From Eledone cirrhosa (taxonomy: Eukaryota), in assembly GCA_964016885.1 (NCBI GenBank), contig OZ024747.1:40362001-40426000 (forward strand): a stretch of DNA of 64,000 nucleotides, given 5' to 3'. Made by a program: the position numbers and the translations under genes. This document shows, one piece after another, positions 63,135-64,000 of the stretch. The notes under the pieces are model-generated. The model was not told where the DNA came from. It saw nothing but the letters and a program-made list of their open reading frames with translations, and did no database searches. Numbering within the stretch: the stretch's first letter is position 1; each line of letters begins with the position of its first letter.

Positions 63135-63690
63135 GGTAGAAATTCCATCCTCTGCTCCAAATGCATGCTATGGGCACATAAGAGATGTAGTGTAGTGGGA
63201 TCTCAGAAGGTTTAGCTAAGAATGTAGGCTTTATAGGTAGCAGTTGCACCGGAACAGGAAACACCAAACGGCCACAGGGAACAAGTGCTATCAAATTCTG
63301 GGAAAGCTCAGTAGGAACAGTAGACAGCTTCTGCTATCTGAGTGATTGAATTAGCAGCGGAGGTGGCTGTTCTGAAAGTGCAGTCGTCAGAGTAAGAACG
63401 GAATAGAAGAAATTCAGGGTGCTACTACCACTGCTAGCTACAACAGGCTGCTACTTCAAAGATGCATGCAGACTGTAAAGTGGTCATGTAGGCATTATGA
63501 CAAAAAGCATCCAGTACTCTCTGTAAATGAGCTTGGTACTAGGAAAGGCATCCAGCTGTAGAAACCAAGCCAAAATCGGTTCTGTATGAACAAGACATGG
63601 TCACCTGACCTGGCATTGCTTACAACAGGATAACTTGTCTAACCCATGCCAGCATGGAAAAATGGACGTTAAACAGTCATGATAATGATA

Positions 63691-63692
<2 letters not shown>
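63135..63692 (+). mobile_element. Old RTE fragment (PHD/YLG region plus 3'UTR)
   Basis: Degenerate match to family B; ends aacccatgccagcatggaaaaatggacgttaaac. Confidence 0.65.
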
Positions 63693-63728
<36 letters not shown>

Positions 63729-64000
63729 TTAATGTATAATAAACAACACAATATAATTACCTCATTACCCAAGGTTCCCCGAACAGGACGAACACAAGAG
63801 ACGTCCGCATTCATTCGTCGGATAAGGCAATATAACAGTGAGCTCACTATGTTATATTGCCTAATGAGGTAATTATACTGTGTTGTTTATTATACATTAA
63901 ATATTTAGCTCTGTTACTTACATAGAGCACTCTTCATTTCTTTTACTTTTTCCACGGAAACTTCAACACTTATAGATACATATATATATATAACAAAGGA

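Overview
Eukaryotic, AT-rich, repeat-dense genomic DNA, most likely an octopus (inferred from SINE/RTE families and (TA)n/(GAT)n content). The only host gene is an axonemal outer-arm dynein heavy chain (DNAH5/DNAH8-like) on the minus strand: 7 internal GT-AG exons join in frame across AAA1-AAA2. The introns hold RTE-clade LINEs (one with a ~2.8 kb open ORF and a PHD finger inside the RT), Tx1/L1-clade, CRE-like and Penelope-like retroelements, several tRNA-derived SINE families, Helitrons, a TA-flanked TIR element and a probable solo LTR. The most notable signal is a set of non-coding units with type I hammerhead ribozyme folds inside (TA)n tracts. One is a 629-bp tandem unit with two perfect hammerheads beside a Penelope element (45499-46505). 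Another is a ~704-bp terminally redundant unit with a GUC hammerhead (9471-10233). Both are candidate circRNA-producing retrozyme-like elements. All coordinates and folds were read by eye and need computational confirmation.
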